NCBI GenBank assembly: GCA_964016885.1
Contig: OZ024743.1
Location: 96,038,001-96,102,000, forward strand
Reading direction: 5' to 3'
Length of the DNA: 64,000 nt
Source of the DNA: Eledone cirrhosa
Lineage: Eukaryota
The translations under genes and the position numbers were made by a program. Positions 15,001 to 28,139 of the stretch are shown here, piece by piece. Below the pieces are notes generated by a model. That model did not search any database. It was not told where the DNA came from and saw only the letters and a program-made list of their open reading frames with translations. Positions within the stretch are counted from its first letter, which is position 1. Every line of letters starts with the position of its first letter.

Positions 15001-18000
15001 AGGAAGAGATAGAGAAGCAAGGAAGGGAAAGGCATAGGAAGAGATAGAGAAGGAAGGAATAGAAAGGCGTAGAAAGAGATAGAGAAGGAAGGAATAGAAA
15101 GGCGTAGGAAGAGATAGAGAAGGAGGAATAGAAAGGCGTAGGAAGAGATAGAGAAGGAAGGAATAGAAAGGCGTAGGAAGAGATAGAGAAGGAAGGTATA
15201 GAAAGGCGTAGGAAGAGATAGAGAAGCAAGGAAGGGAAAGGCATAGGAAGAGATAGAGAAGGAAGGAATAGAAAGGTGTAGGAAGAGATAGAGAAGGAAG
15301 GTATAGAAAGGCGTAGGAAGAGATAGAGAAGCAAGGAAGGGAAAGGCATAGGAAGAGATAGAGAAGGAAGGAATAGAAAGGCGTAGAAAGAGATAGAGAA
15401 GGAAGGAATAGAAAGGCGTAGGAAGAGATAGAGAAGGAAGGAATAGAAATGTGTAGGAAGAGATAGAAAAGGAAGGAATGGAAAGGCGTAGGAAGAGATA
15501 GAGAAGGAAAGAATAGAACAGCGTAGGAAGAGATAGAGAAGGAAGGAATAGAAAGGCGTAGGAAAAGATAGAGAAGGAAGGAATAGAAAGGCGTAGGAAG
15601 AGATAGAGAAGGAAGTAATAGAAAGGCGTAGGAAGAGATAGAGAAGGAAAGAATAGAAAGGCGTAGGAAGAGATAGAGAAGGAAGGAATAGAAAGGCGTA
15701 GGAAGAGATAGAAAAGGAAGGAATGGAAAGGCGTAGGAAGAGATAGAGAAGGAAAGAATAGAACAGCGTAGGAAGAGATAGAGAAGGAAGGAATAGAAAG
15801 GCGTAGGAAAAGATAGAGAAGGAAGGAATAGAAAGGCGTAGGAAGAGATAGAGAAGGAAGTAATAGAAAGGCGTAGGAAGAGATAGAGAAGGAAAGAATA
15901 GAAAGGCGTAGGAAGAGATAGAGAAGGAAGGAATAGAACAGTGTAGGAAGAGATAGAGAAGGAAGGAATGGAAAGGTGTAGGAAGAGTTAGAGAAGGAAG
16001 GAATGGAAAGGCGTAGGAAGAGAGAGAGAAGGAAGGAATGGAAAGGCGTAGGAAGAGATAGAGAAGAAAGGTATAGAAAGGCGTAGGAATAGATAGAGAA
16101 GGAAGGAATAGAAAGGCGTAGGAAGAGATAGAGAAGGAGGAATAGAAAGGCGTAGGAAGAGATAGAGAAGGAGGAATAGAAAGGCGTAGGAAGAGATAGA
16201 GAAGGAAGTAATAGAACTGCCTAGGAAGAGATATAGAAGGAATGAATGGAAAGGCGTAGGAAGAGATAGAGAAGGAAGGAATGGAAAGGCGTAGGAAGAG
16301 ATAGAGAAGGAAGGAATGGAAAGGCATAGGAAGAGATAGAGAAGGAAGGTATGGAAAGGCGTAGGAAGTGATAGAGAAGGAAGGAATGGAAAGGCGTAGG
16401 AAGAGATAGAGAAGGAAGGAATGGAAAGGCGTAGGAAGAGATAGAGAAGGAGGAATGGAAAGGCATAGGAAGAGATAGAGAAGGAGGAATAGAAAGGCGT
16501 AGGAAGAGATAGAGAAGGAAGTAATAGAACTGCCTAGGAAGAGATAGAGAAGGAAGGAATAGGAAAACGTAGGAAGAGATAGAGAAGGAAGGAATGGAAA
16601 GGCGTAGGAAGAGATAGAGAAGGAAGGTATAGAAAGGCGTAGGAAGAGATAGAGAAGGAAGGAATGGAAAGGCGTAGGAAGAGATAGAGAAGGAAGGAAT
16701 AGAAAGACGTAGGAAGAGATAGAGAAGGAAGGAATAGAAAGACGTAGGAAGAGATAGAGAAGGAAGGAATGGAAAGGCGTGGGAAGAGATAGAGAAGGAG
16801 GAATGGAAAGGCATAGGAAGAGATAGAGAAGGAAGGAATAGAAAGGCGTAGGAAGAGATAGAGAAGGAGGAATAGAAAGGCGTAGGAAGAGATAGAGAAG
16901 GAAGTAATAGAACTGCCTAGGAAGAGATAGAGAAGGAAGGAATAGAAAGACGTAGGAAGAGATAGAGAAGGAAGGAATGGAAAGGCGTAGGAAGAGATAG
17001 AGAAGGAAGGTATAGAAAGGCGTAGGAAGAGATAGAGAAGGAAGGAATGGAAAGGCGTAGGAAGAGATAGAGAAGGAAGGAATAGAAAGACGTAGGAAGA
17101 GATAGAGAAGGAAGGAATGGAAAGGCGTGGGAAGAGATAGAGAAGGAATGAATGGAAAGGCGTAGGAAGAGATAGAGAAGGAAGGAATAGAAAGGCGTAG
17201 GAAGAGATAGAGAAGCAAGGAATGGAAAGGCGTAGGAAGAGATAGAGAAGGAAGGAATGGAAAGGCATAGGAAGAGATAGAGAAGGAAGGAATGGAAAGG
17301 CTTAGGAAGAGATAGAGAAGGAAGGAATAGAAAGGTGTAGGAAGAGATAGAGAAGGAAGGTATAGAAAGGCGTAGGAAGAGATAGAGAAGGAAGGAATGG
17401 AAAGGCATAGGAAGAGATAGAGAAGGAAGGAATAGAAAGGCGTAGGAAGAGATAGAGAGGGAAGGAATGGAAAGGTGTAGGAAGAGATAGAGAAGGAAGG
17501 AATAGAAAGGCGTAGGAAGAGATAGAGAAGGAAGGAATAGAAAGGTGTAGGAAGAGATAGAGAAGGAAGGAATGGAAAGGCGTAGGAAGAGATAGAGAGG
17601 GAAGGAATGGAAAGGTGTAGGAAGAGATAGAGAAGGAAGGAATAGAAAGGCGTAGGAAGAGATAGAGAAGGAAGGAATAGAAAGGTGTAGGAAGAGATAG
17701 AGAAGGAAGGAATAGAAAGGCGTAGGAAGAGATAGAGAAGGAAGGAATGGAAAGGTGTAGGAAGAGATAGAGAAGGAAGGAATGGAAAGGCGTAGGAAGA
17801 GATAGAGAGGGAAGGAATGGAAAGGTGTAGGAAGAGATAGAGAAGGAAGGAATAGAAAGGCGTAGGAAGAGATAGAGAAGGAAGGAATAGAAAGGTGTAG
17901 GAAGAGATAGAGAAGGAAGGAATAGAAAGGCGTAGGAAGAGATAGAGAAGGAAGGAATGGAAAGGTGTAGGAAGAGATAGAGAAGGAAGGAATAGAAAGG

Positions 18001-21000
18001 CGTAGGAAGAGATAGAGAAGGAAGGAATGGAAAGGTGTAGGAAGAGATAGAGAAGGAAGGAATGGAAAGGCGTAGGAAGAGATAGAGAAGGAAGGAATAG
18101 AAAAGCGTAGGAAGAGATAGAGAAGCAAGGAATGGAAAGGCTTAGGAAGAGATAGAGAAGGAAGGAATAGAAAGGCGTAGGAAGAGATAGAGAAGGAAGG
18201 AATAGAAAGGCGTAGGAAAAGATAGAGAAGGAAGGAATAGAAAGGCGTAGGAAGAGATAGAGAAGGAAGTAATAGAAAGGCGTAGGAAGAGATAGAGAAG
18301 GAAAGAATAGAAAGGTGTAGGAAGAGATAGAGAAGGAGGAATAGAAAGGCGTAGGAAGAGATAGAGAAGGAGGAATAGAAAGGCGTAGGAAGAGATAGAG
18401 AAGGAAGGAATAGAACAGTGTAGGAAGAGATAGAGAAGGAAGGAATGGAAAGGTGTAGGAAGAGTTAGAGAAGGAAGGAATGGAAAGGCGTAGGAAGAGA
18501 GAGAGAAGGAAGGAATGGAAAGGCGTAGGAAGAGATAGAGAAGGAAGGTATAGAAAGGCGTAGGAATAGATAGAGAAGGAAGGAATAGAAAGGCGTAGGA
18601 AGAGATAGAGAAGGAGGAATAGAAAGGCGTAGGAAGAGATAGAGAAGGAGGAATAGAAAGGCGTAGGAAGAGATAGAGAAGGAAGTAATAGAACTGCCTA
18701 GGAAGAGATAGAGAAGGAAGGAATAGGAAAACGTAGGAAGAGATATAGAAGGAATGAATGGAAAGGCATAGGAAGAGATAGAGAAGGAAGGAATAGAAAG
18801 GCGTAGGAAGAGATAGAGAAGGAAGGAATAGAAAGGCGTAGGAAGAGATAGAGAAGCAAGGAATGGAAAGGCGTAGGAAGAGATAGAGAAGGAAGGAATG
18901 GAAAGGCATAGGAAGAGATAGAGAAGGAAGGAATAGAAAGGCGTAGGAAGAGATATAGAAGGAATGAATGGAAAGGCGTAGGAAGAGATAGAGAAGGAAG
19001 GAATAGAAAGGCGTAGGAAGAGATAGAGAAGCAAGGAATGGAAAGGCGTAGGAAGAGATAGAGAAGGAAGGAATGGAAAGGCATAGGAAGAGATAGAGAA
19101 GGAAGGAATGGAAAGGCTTAGGAAGAGATAGAGAAGGAAGGAATAGAAAGGTGTAGGAAGAGATAGAGAAGGAAGGTATAGAAAGGCGTAGGAAGAGATA
19201 GAGAAGCAAGGAAGGGAAAGGCATAGGAAGAGATAGAGAAGGAAGGAATAGAAAGGCGTAGGAAGAGATAGAGAAGGAAGGAATGGAAAGGTGTAGGAAG
19301 AGATAGAGAAGGAAGGAATAGAAAGGTGTAGGAAGAGATAGAGAAGGAAGGAATAGAAAGGTGTAGGAAGAGATAGAGAAGGAAGGTATAGAAAGGCGTA
19401 GGAAGAGATAGAGAAGGAAGGAATAGAAAGGCGTAGGAAGAGATAGAGGAGGAAGGAATGGAAAGGCGTAGGAATAGATAGAGAAGGAAGGAATGGAAAG
19501 GCGTAGGAAGAGATAGAGAAGGAAGGAATAGAAAGGCGTAGGAAGAGATAGAGAAGGAAGGAATAGAAAGGCGTAGGAAGAGATAGAGAAGCAAGGAATG
19601 GAAAGGCTTAGGAAGAGATAGAGAAGGAAGGAATAGAAAGGCGTGGGAAGAGATAAAGAAGGAAGGAATGGAAAGGTGTAGGAAGAGATAGAGAAGGAAG
19701 GAATAGAAAGGTGTAGGAAGAGAATAGAGAAGGAAGGAATGGAAAGGCTTAGGAAGAGATAGAGAAGGAAGGAATAGAATGGTGTAGGAAGAGATAGAGA
19801 AGGAAGGAATGGAAAGGCGTAGGAAGAGATAGAGAAGGAGGAATAGAAAGGCGTAGGAAGAGATAGTGAAGGAAGGAATGGAAAGGTGTAGGAAGAGTTA
19901 GAGAAGGAAGGAATGGAAAGGCGTAGGAAGAGATAGAGAAGGAAGGAATGGAAAGGTGTAGGAAGAGATAGAGAAGGAGGAATAGAAAGGCGTAGGAAGA
20001 GATAGAGAAGGAAGGAATGGAAAGGTATAGGAAGAGTTAGAGAAGGAAGGAATGGAAAGGCGTAGGAAGAGATAGAGAAGGAAGGAATGGAAAGGTGTAG
20101 GAAGAGATAGAGAAGGAAGGAATAGAAAGGCGTAGGAAGAGATAGAGAAGGAAGTAATAGAAAGGCGTAGGAAGAGATAGAGAAGGAAAGAATAGAACAG
20201 CGTAGGAAGAGATAGAGAAGGAAGGAATAGAAAGGCGTAGGAAGAGATAGAGAAGGAGGAATAGAAAGGCGTAGGAAGAGATAGAGAAGGAGGAATAGAA
20301 AGGCGTAGGAAGAGATAGAGAAGGAAGGAATGGTAAGGCGTAGGAAGAGAGAGAGAAGGAAGGAATGGAAAGGCGTAGGAAGAGATAGAGAAGGAGGAAT
20401 AGAAAGGCGTAGGAAGAGATAGAGAAGGAGGAATAGAAAGGCGTAGGAAGAGATAGAGAAGGAAGGAATGGAAAGGCGTAGGAAGAGAGAGAGAAGGAAG
20501 GAATGGAAAGGCGTAGGAAGAGATAGAGAAGGAAGGTATAGAAAGGCGGAGGAATAGATAGAGAAGGAAGGAATAGAAAGGCGTAGGAAGAGATAGAGAA
20601 GGAGGAATAGAGAGGCGTAGGAAGAGATAGAGAAGGAGGAATAGAAAGGCGTAGGAAGAGATAGAGAAGGAAGTAATAGAACTGCCTAGGAAGAGATAGA
20701 GAAGGAAGGAATAGGAAAACGTAGGAAGAGATATAGAAGGAATGAATGGAAAGGCATAGGAAGAGATAGAGAAGGAAGGAATAGAAAGGCATAGGAAGAG
20801 ATAGAGAAGGAAGGAATGGTTAGGCGTAGGAAGTGATAGAGAAGGAAGGAATGGAAAGGCGTAGGAAGAGATATAGAAGGAATGAATGGAAAGGCGTAGG
20901 AAGAGATAGAGAAGGAAGGAATAGAAAGGCGTAGGAAGAGATAGAGAAGCAAGGAATGGAAAGGCGTAGGAAGAGATAGAGAAGGAAGGAATGGAAAGGC

Positions 21001-24000
21001 ATAGGAAGAGATAGAGAAGGAAGGAATGGAAAGGCGTAGGAAGTGATAGAGAAGGAAGGAATAGAAAGGCGTAGGAAGAGATATAGAAGGAATGAATGGA
21101 AAGGCGTAGGAAGAGATAGAGAAGGAAGGAATAGAAAGGCGTAGGAAGAGATAGAGAAGCAAGGAATGGAAAGGCGTAGGAAGAGATAGAGAAGGAAGGA
21201 ATGGAAAGGCATAGGAAGAGATAGAGAAGGAAGGAATGGAAAGGCTTAGGAAGAGATAGAGAAGGAAGGAATAGAAAGGTGTAGGAAGAGATAGAGAAGG
21301 AAAGTATAGAAAGGCGTAGGAAGAGATAGAGAAGCAAGGAAGGGAAAGGCATAGGAAGAGATAGAGAAGGAAGGAATAGAAAGGCGTAGGAAGAGATAGA
21401 GAGGGAAGGAATGGAAAGGTGTAGGAAGAGATAGAGAAGGAAGGAATAGAAAGGTGTAGGAAGAGATAGAGAAGGAAGGAATAGAAAGGTGTAGGAAGAG
21501 ATAGAGAAGGAAGGAATAGAAAGGCGTAGGAAGAGATAGAGAGGGAAGGAATGGAAAGGTGTAGGAAGAGATAGAGAAGGAGGAATAGAAAGGTGTAGGA
21601 AGAGATAGAGAAGGAAGGAATAGAAAGGTGTAGGAAGAGATAGAGAAGGAAGGAATAGAAAGGTGTAGGAAGAGATAGAGAAGGAAGGAATAGAAAGGCG
21701 TAGGAAGAGATAGAGAGGGAAGGAATGGAAAGGTGTAGGAAGAGATAGAGAAGGAAGGAATAGAAAGGTGTAGGAAGAGATAGAGAAGGAAGGAATAGAA
21801 AGGTGTAGGAAGAGATAGAGAAGGAAGGAATAGAAAGGCGTAGGAAGAGATAGAGAAGCAAGGAAGGGAAAGGCATAGGAAGAGATAGAGAAGGAAGGAA
21901 TAGAAAGGCGTAGAAAGAGATAGAGAAGGAAGGAATAGAAAGGCGTAGGAAGAGATAGAGAAGGAAGGAATAGAAAGGTGTAGGAAGAGATAGAGAAGGA
22001 GGAATAGAAAGGCGTAGGAAGAGATAGAGGAGGAAGGAATGGAAAGGCGTAGGAAGAGATGTAGAAGGAGGAATAGAAAGGCGTAGGAAGAGATAGAGAA
22101 GCAAGGAATGGAAAGGCTTAGGAAGAGATAGAGAAGGAAGGAATAGAAAGGCGTAGGAAGAGATAGAGAAGGAAGGAATGGAAAGGTGTAGGAAGAGATA
22201 GAGAAGGAAGGAATAGAAAGGTGTAGGAAGAGAATAGAGAAGGAAGGAATGGAAAGGCTTAGGAAGAGATAGAGAAGGAAGGAATAGAAAGGTGTAGGAA
22301 GAGATAGAGAAGGAAGGAATGGAAAGGCGTAGGAAGAGATAGAGAAGGAGGAATAGAAATGCGTAGGAAGAGATAGTGAAGGAAGGAATGGAAAGGTGTA
22401 GGAAGAGTTAGAGAAGGAAGGAATGGAAAGGCGTAGGAAGAGATAGAGAAGGAAGGAATGGAAAGGCGTAGGAAGAGATAGAGAAGGAGGAATAGAAAGG
22501 CGTAGGAAGAGATAGAGAAGGAAGGAATGGAAAGGTATAGGAAGAGTTAGAGCAGGAAGGAATGGAAAGGCGTAGGAAAAGATAGAGAAGGAAGGAATAG
22601 AAAGGCGTAGGAAGAGATAGAGAAGGAAGTAATAGAAAGGCGTAGGAAGAGATAGAGAAGGAAAGAATAGAACAACGTAGGAAGAGATAGAGAAGGAAGG
22701 AATAGAAAGGCGTAGGAAGAGATAGAGGAGGAGGAATAGAAAGGCGTAGGAAGAGATAGAGAAGGAAGTAATAGAACTGCCTAGGAAGAGATAGATAAGG
22801 AAGGAATAGGAAAACGTAGGAAGAGATATAGAAGGAATGAATGGAAAGGCATAGGAAGAGATAGAGAAGGAAGGAATAGAAAGGCGTAGGAAGAGATAGA
22901 GAAGGAAGGAATAGAAAGGCGTAGGAAGAGATAGATAAGGAAGGAATAGGAAAACGTAGGAAGAGATATAGAAGGAATGAATGGAAAGGCGTAGGAAGAG
23001 ATAGAGAAGGAAGGAATAGAAAGGCGTAGGAAGAGATAGAGAAGCAAGGAATGGAAAGGCGTAGAAAGAGATAGAGAAGGAAGGAATGGAAAGGCATAGG
23101 AAGAGATAGAGAAGGAAGGAATGGAAAGGCGTAGGAAGTGATAGAGAAGGAAGGAATAGAAAGGCGTAGGAAGAGATATAGAAGGAATGAATGGAAAGGC
23201 GTAGGAAGAGATAGAGAAGGAAGGAATAGAAAGGCGTAGGAAGAGATAGAGAAGCAAGGAATGGAAAGGCGTAGGAAGAGATAGAGAAGGAAGGAATGGA
23301 AAGGCATAGGAAGAGATAGAGAAGGAAGGAATGGAAAGGCTTAGGAAGAGATAGAGAAGGAAGGAATAGAAAGGTGTAGGAAGAGATAGAGAAGGAAGGT
23401 ATAGAAAGGCGTAGGAAGAGATAGTGAAGGAAGGAATAGAAAGGTGTAGGAAGAGATAGAGAAGGAAGGTATAGAAAGGCGTAGGAAGAGATAGAGAAGC
23501 AAGGAAGGGAAAGGCATAGGAAGAGATAGAGAAGGAAGGAATAGAAAGGCGTAGGAAGAGATAGAGAAGGAAGGAATAGAAAGGCGTAGGAAGAGATAGA
23601 GAAGGAAGGAATAGAAAGGTGTAGGAAGAGATAGAGAAGGAGGAATAGAAAGGCGTAGGAAGAGATAGAGAAGGAAGGAATAGAAAGGCGTAGGAAGAGA
23701 TAGAGAAGGAAGGAATGGAAAGGCGTAGGAAGAGATAGAGAAGGAGGAATAGAAAGGCGTAGGAAGAGATAGAGAAGCAAGGAATGGAAAAGCTTAGAAA
23801 GAGATAGAGGAGGAAGGAATAGAAAGGCGTAGGAAGAGATAGAGAAGGAAGGAATGGAAAGGTGTAGGAAGAGATAGAGAAGGAAGTAATGGAAAGGCGT
23901 AGGAGGAGATAGAGAAGGAAGTAATGGAAAGGCGTAGGAGGAGATAGAGAAGGAAGGAATAGAAAGGCGTAGGAAGAGATATAGAAGGAAGGAATGGAAA

Positions 24001-27000
24001 GGCATAGGAAGAGATAGAGAAGGAAGGAATAGAAAGGTGTAGGAAGAGATAGAGAAGGAAGGAATAGAAAGGCGTAGGAAGAGATAGAGAAGGAAGGAAT
24101 AGAAAGGCGTAGGAAGAGATAGAGAAGGAAGGAATGGAAAGGCGTAGGAAGAGATAGAGAAGGAAGGAATGGAAAGGTGTAGGAAGAGATAGAGAAGGAA
24201 GGAATAGAAAGGTGTAGGAAGAGATAGAGAAGGAAGGAATAGAAAGGCGTAGGAAGAGATAGAGAAGGAAGGAATGGAAAGGCGTAGGAAGAGATAGAGA
24301 AGGAAGGAATGGAAAGGTGTAGGAAGAGATAGAGAAGGAGGAATAGAAAGGCGTAGGAAGAGATAGTGAAGGAAGGAATGGAAAGGTGTAGGAAGAGATA
24401 GAGAAGGAAGGAATGGAAAGGTGTAGGAAGAGATAGAGAAGGAAGTAATGGAAAGGCGTAGGAGGAGATAGAGAAGGAAGTAATGGAAAGGCGTAGGAGG
24501 AGATAGAGAAGGAAGGAATAGAAAGGCGTAGGAAGAGATATAGAAGGAAGGAATGGAAAGGCATAGGAAGAGATAGAGAAGGAAGGAATAGAAAGGTGTA
24601 GGAAGAGATAGAGAAGGAAGGAATAGAAAGGCGTAGGAAGAGATAGAGAAGGAAGGAATAGAAAGGCGTAGGAAGAGATATAGAAGGAAGGAATGGAAAG
24701 GCATAGGAAGAGATAGAGAAGGAAGGAATAGAAAGGTGTAGGAAGAGATAGAGAAGGAAGGAATAGAAAGGTGTAGGAAGAGATAGAGAAGGAAGGAATA
24801 GAAAGGCGTAGGAAGAGATAGAGAAGGAAGGAATGGAAAGGCGTAGGAAGAGATAGAGAAGGAAGGAATGGAAAGGTGTAGGAAGAGATAGAGAAGGAGG
24901 AATAGAAAGGCGTAGGAAGAGATAGTGAAGGAAGGAATGGAAAGGTGTAGGAAGAGATAGAGAAGGAAGGAATGGAAAGGTGTAGGAAGAGATAGAGAAG
25001 GAAGTAATGGAAAGGCGTAGGAGGAGATAGAGAAGGAAGTAATGGAAAGGCGTAGGAGGAGATAGAGAAGGAAGGAATAGAAAGGCGTAGGAAGAGATAT
25101 AGAAGGAAGGAATGGAAAGGCATAGGAAGAGATAGAGAAGGAAGGAATAGAAAGGTGTAGGAAGAGATAGAGAAGGAAGGAATAGAAAGGCGTAGGAAGA
25201 GATAGAGAAGGAAGGAATAGAAAGGCGTAGGAAGAGATATAGAAGGAAGGAATGGAAAGGCATAGGAAGAGATAGAGAAGGAAGGAATAGAAAGGTGTAG
25301 GAAGAGATAGAGAAGGAAGGAATAGAAAGGCGTAGGAAGAGATAGAGAAGGAAGGAATAGAAAGGCGTAGGAAGAGATATAGAAGGAAGGAATGGAAAGG
25401 CATAGGAAGAGATAGAGAAGGAAGGAATAGAAAGGTGTAGGAAGAGATAGAGAAGGAAGGAATAGAAAGGCGTAGGAAGAGATATAGAAGGAAGGAATGG
25501 AAAGGCATAGGAAGAGATAGAGAAGGAAGGAATAGAAAGGTGTAGGAAGAGATAGAGAAGGAAGGAATAGAAAGGCGTAGGAAGAGATATAGAAGGAAGG
25601 AATGGAAAGGCATAGGAAGAGATAGAGAAGGAAGGAATAGAAAGGTGTAGGAAGAGATAGAGAAGGAAGGAATAGAAAGGCGTAGGAAGAGATATAGAAG
25701 GAAGGAATGGAAAGGCATAGGAAGAGATAGAGAAGGAAGGAATAGAAAGGTGTAGGAAGAGATAGAGAAGGAAGGAATAGAAAGGCGTAGGAAGAGATAG
25801 AGGAGGAAGGAATAGAAAGGCGTAGGAAGAGATAGAGGAGGAAGGAATGGAAAGGCGTAGGAAGAGATAGAGAAGGAAGGAATGGAAAGGTGTAGGAAGA
25901 GATAGAGAAGGAAGGAATAGAAAGGTGTAGGAAGAGATAGAGAAGGAAGGAATAGAAAGGCGTAGGAAGAGATAGAGAAGGAAGGAATGGAAAGGTGTAG
26001 GAAGAGATAGAGAAGGAAGTAATGGAAAGGCGTAGGAAGAGATAGAGAAGGAAGGAATGGAAAGGTGTAGGAAGAGATAGAGAAGGAAGGAATGGAAAGG
26101 TGTAGGAAGATATAGAGAAGGAAGGAATGGAAAGGCGTAGGAAGAGACAGAGAAGGAAGGAATGGAAAGGCGTAGGAAGAGACAGAGAAGGAAGGAATGG
26201 AAAGGCGTAGGAAGAGATAGAGAAGGAAGGAATAGAAAGGTGTAGCAAGAGATAGAGAAGGAAGGAATGGAAAGGCGTAGGAAGAGATAGATAAGGAGGA
26301 ATAGAAAGGCGTAGGAAGAGATAGAGAAGCAAGGAATGGAAAGGCGTAGGAAGAGATAGAGAAGTAAGGAATGGAAAGGCATAGGAAGAGATAGAGAAGG
26401 AAGGAATAGGAAAACGTAGGAAGAGATATAGAAGGAATGAATTGGAAGGCATAGGAAGAGATAGAGAAGGAAGGAATAGAAAGGCGTAGGAAGAGATAGA
26501 GAAGCAAGGAATGGAAAGGCGTAGGAAGAGATAGAGAAGGAAGGAATGGAGAGGCATAGGAAGAGATAGAGAAGGAAGGAATAGAAAGGCGTAGGAAGTG
26601 ATAGAGAAGGAAGGAATGGAAAGGCTTAGGAAGAGATATAGAAGGAATGAATGGAAAGGCGTAGGAAGAGATAGAGAAGGAAGGAATAGAAAGGCGTAGG
26701 AAGAGATAGAGAAGCAAGGAATGGAAAGGCGTAGGAAGAGATAGAGAAGGAAGGAATGGAAAGGCATAGGAAGAGATAGAGAAGGAAGGAATAGAAAGGT
26801 GTAGGAAGAGATAGAGAAGCAAGGAAGGGAAAGGCGTAGGAAGAGATAGAGAAGGAAGGAATAGAAAGGTGTAGGAAGAGATAGAGAAGGAGGAATAGAA
26901 AGGCGTAGGAAGAGATAGAGAAGGAAGGAATAGAAAGGCGTAGGAAGAGATAGAGAAGGAAGGAATAGAAAGGTGTAGGAAGAGATAGAGAAGCAAGGAA

Positions 27001-27862
27001 GGGAAAGGCATAGGAAGAGATAGAGAAGGAAGGAATAGAAAGGCTTAGGAAGAGATAGAGAAGGAAGGAATAGAAAGGCGTAGGAAGAGATAGAGAAGGA
27101 AGGAATAGAAAGGTGTAGGAAGAGATAGAGAAGGAGGAATAGAAAGGCGTAGGAAGAGATAGAGAAGGAAGGAATAGAAAGGCGTAGGAAGAGATAGAGA
27201 AGGAAGGAATAGAAAGGTGTAGGAAGAGATAGAGAAGCAAGGAAGGGAAAGGCATAGGAAGAGATAGAGAAGGAAGGAATAGAAAGGCGTAGGAAGAGAT
27301 AGAGAAGCAAGGAAGGGAAAGGCGTAGGAAGAGATAGAGAAGGAAGGAATAGAAAGGCGTAGGAAGAGATAGAGAAGGAAGGAAGGGAAAGGCGTAGGAA
27401 GAGATAGAGAAGGAAGGAATAGAAAGGTGTAGGAAGAGATAGAGAAGGAGGAATAGAAAGGCGTAGGAAGAGATAGAGAAGGAAGGAATAGAAAGGCGTA
27501 GGAAGAGATAGAGAAGGAAGGAATAGAAAGGTGTAGGAAGAGATAGAGAAGCAAGGAAGGGAAAGGCATAGGAAGAGATAGAGAAGGAAGGAATAGAAAG
27601 GCGTAGGAAGAGATAGAGAAGGAAGGAATAGAAAGGCGTAGGAAGAGATAGAGAAGGAAGGAATAGAAAGGTGTAGGAAGAGATAGAGAAGGAGGAATAG
27701 AAAGGCGTAGGAAGAGATAGAGAAGGAAGGAATAGAAAGGCGTAGGAAGAGATAGAGAAGGAAGGAATAGAAAGGTGTAGGAAGAGATAGAGAAGGAAGG
27801 AATGAAAAGTCGTAGCAAGAGATAGAGAAGGAAGGAATGGAAAGGTGTAGGAAGAGATAGAA
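1..27862. repeat. 35-bp purine-rich satellite array, consensus GGAATAGAAAGGCGTAGGAAGAGATAGAGAAGGAA, ~795 monomers, open at the left window edge
   Basis: 35-bp period read directly, with a 34-bp variant (AAGGAGGAAT). Recurrent point variants include TGG/TAG, GGCGT/GGTGT/GGCAT/GGCTT, AAGCAAGG and GAACAG. The array ends abruptly at ~27862 after a few diverged monomers. Confidence 0.98.
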
Positions 27863-28139
27863 AGAAAATTATGAATATTAAAAACATAATAAAATATTTC
27901 ACAGTTGTAATTAGCTGGAAATAAAGAATCAGATGTGAACAAATAGGTGGAGCAGGTGTGTAAAACAGGAGGAGGGCTGGAGGATGGGGTGACGGTAAAC
28001 CAAAAGGAGAGAAAAACAATCAGATAGGAAAGAGAAATGAGGTAAGAGAGAGAGAGAGAATAGATGTAAAATACGAAAGTTAGTTATAGACTATAATATA
28101 GAGAGATAAGAGAGAAAGATACGGTTAAACATATACAGG

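Noticed and set aside
199-28019. Very long minus-strand ORFs (up to 2044 aa) of S/F/L/P-rich repeats
   Set aside because: The pyrimidine strand of the 35-bp consensus has no stop codons, and because 35 is not divisible by 3 all frames give the same 35-aa cycle. One-base indels and stop-creating variants occur freely.
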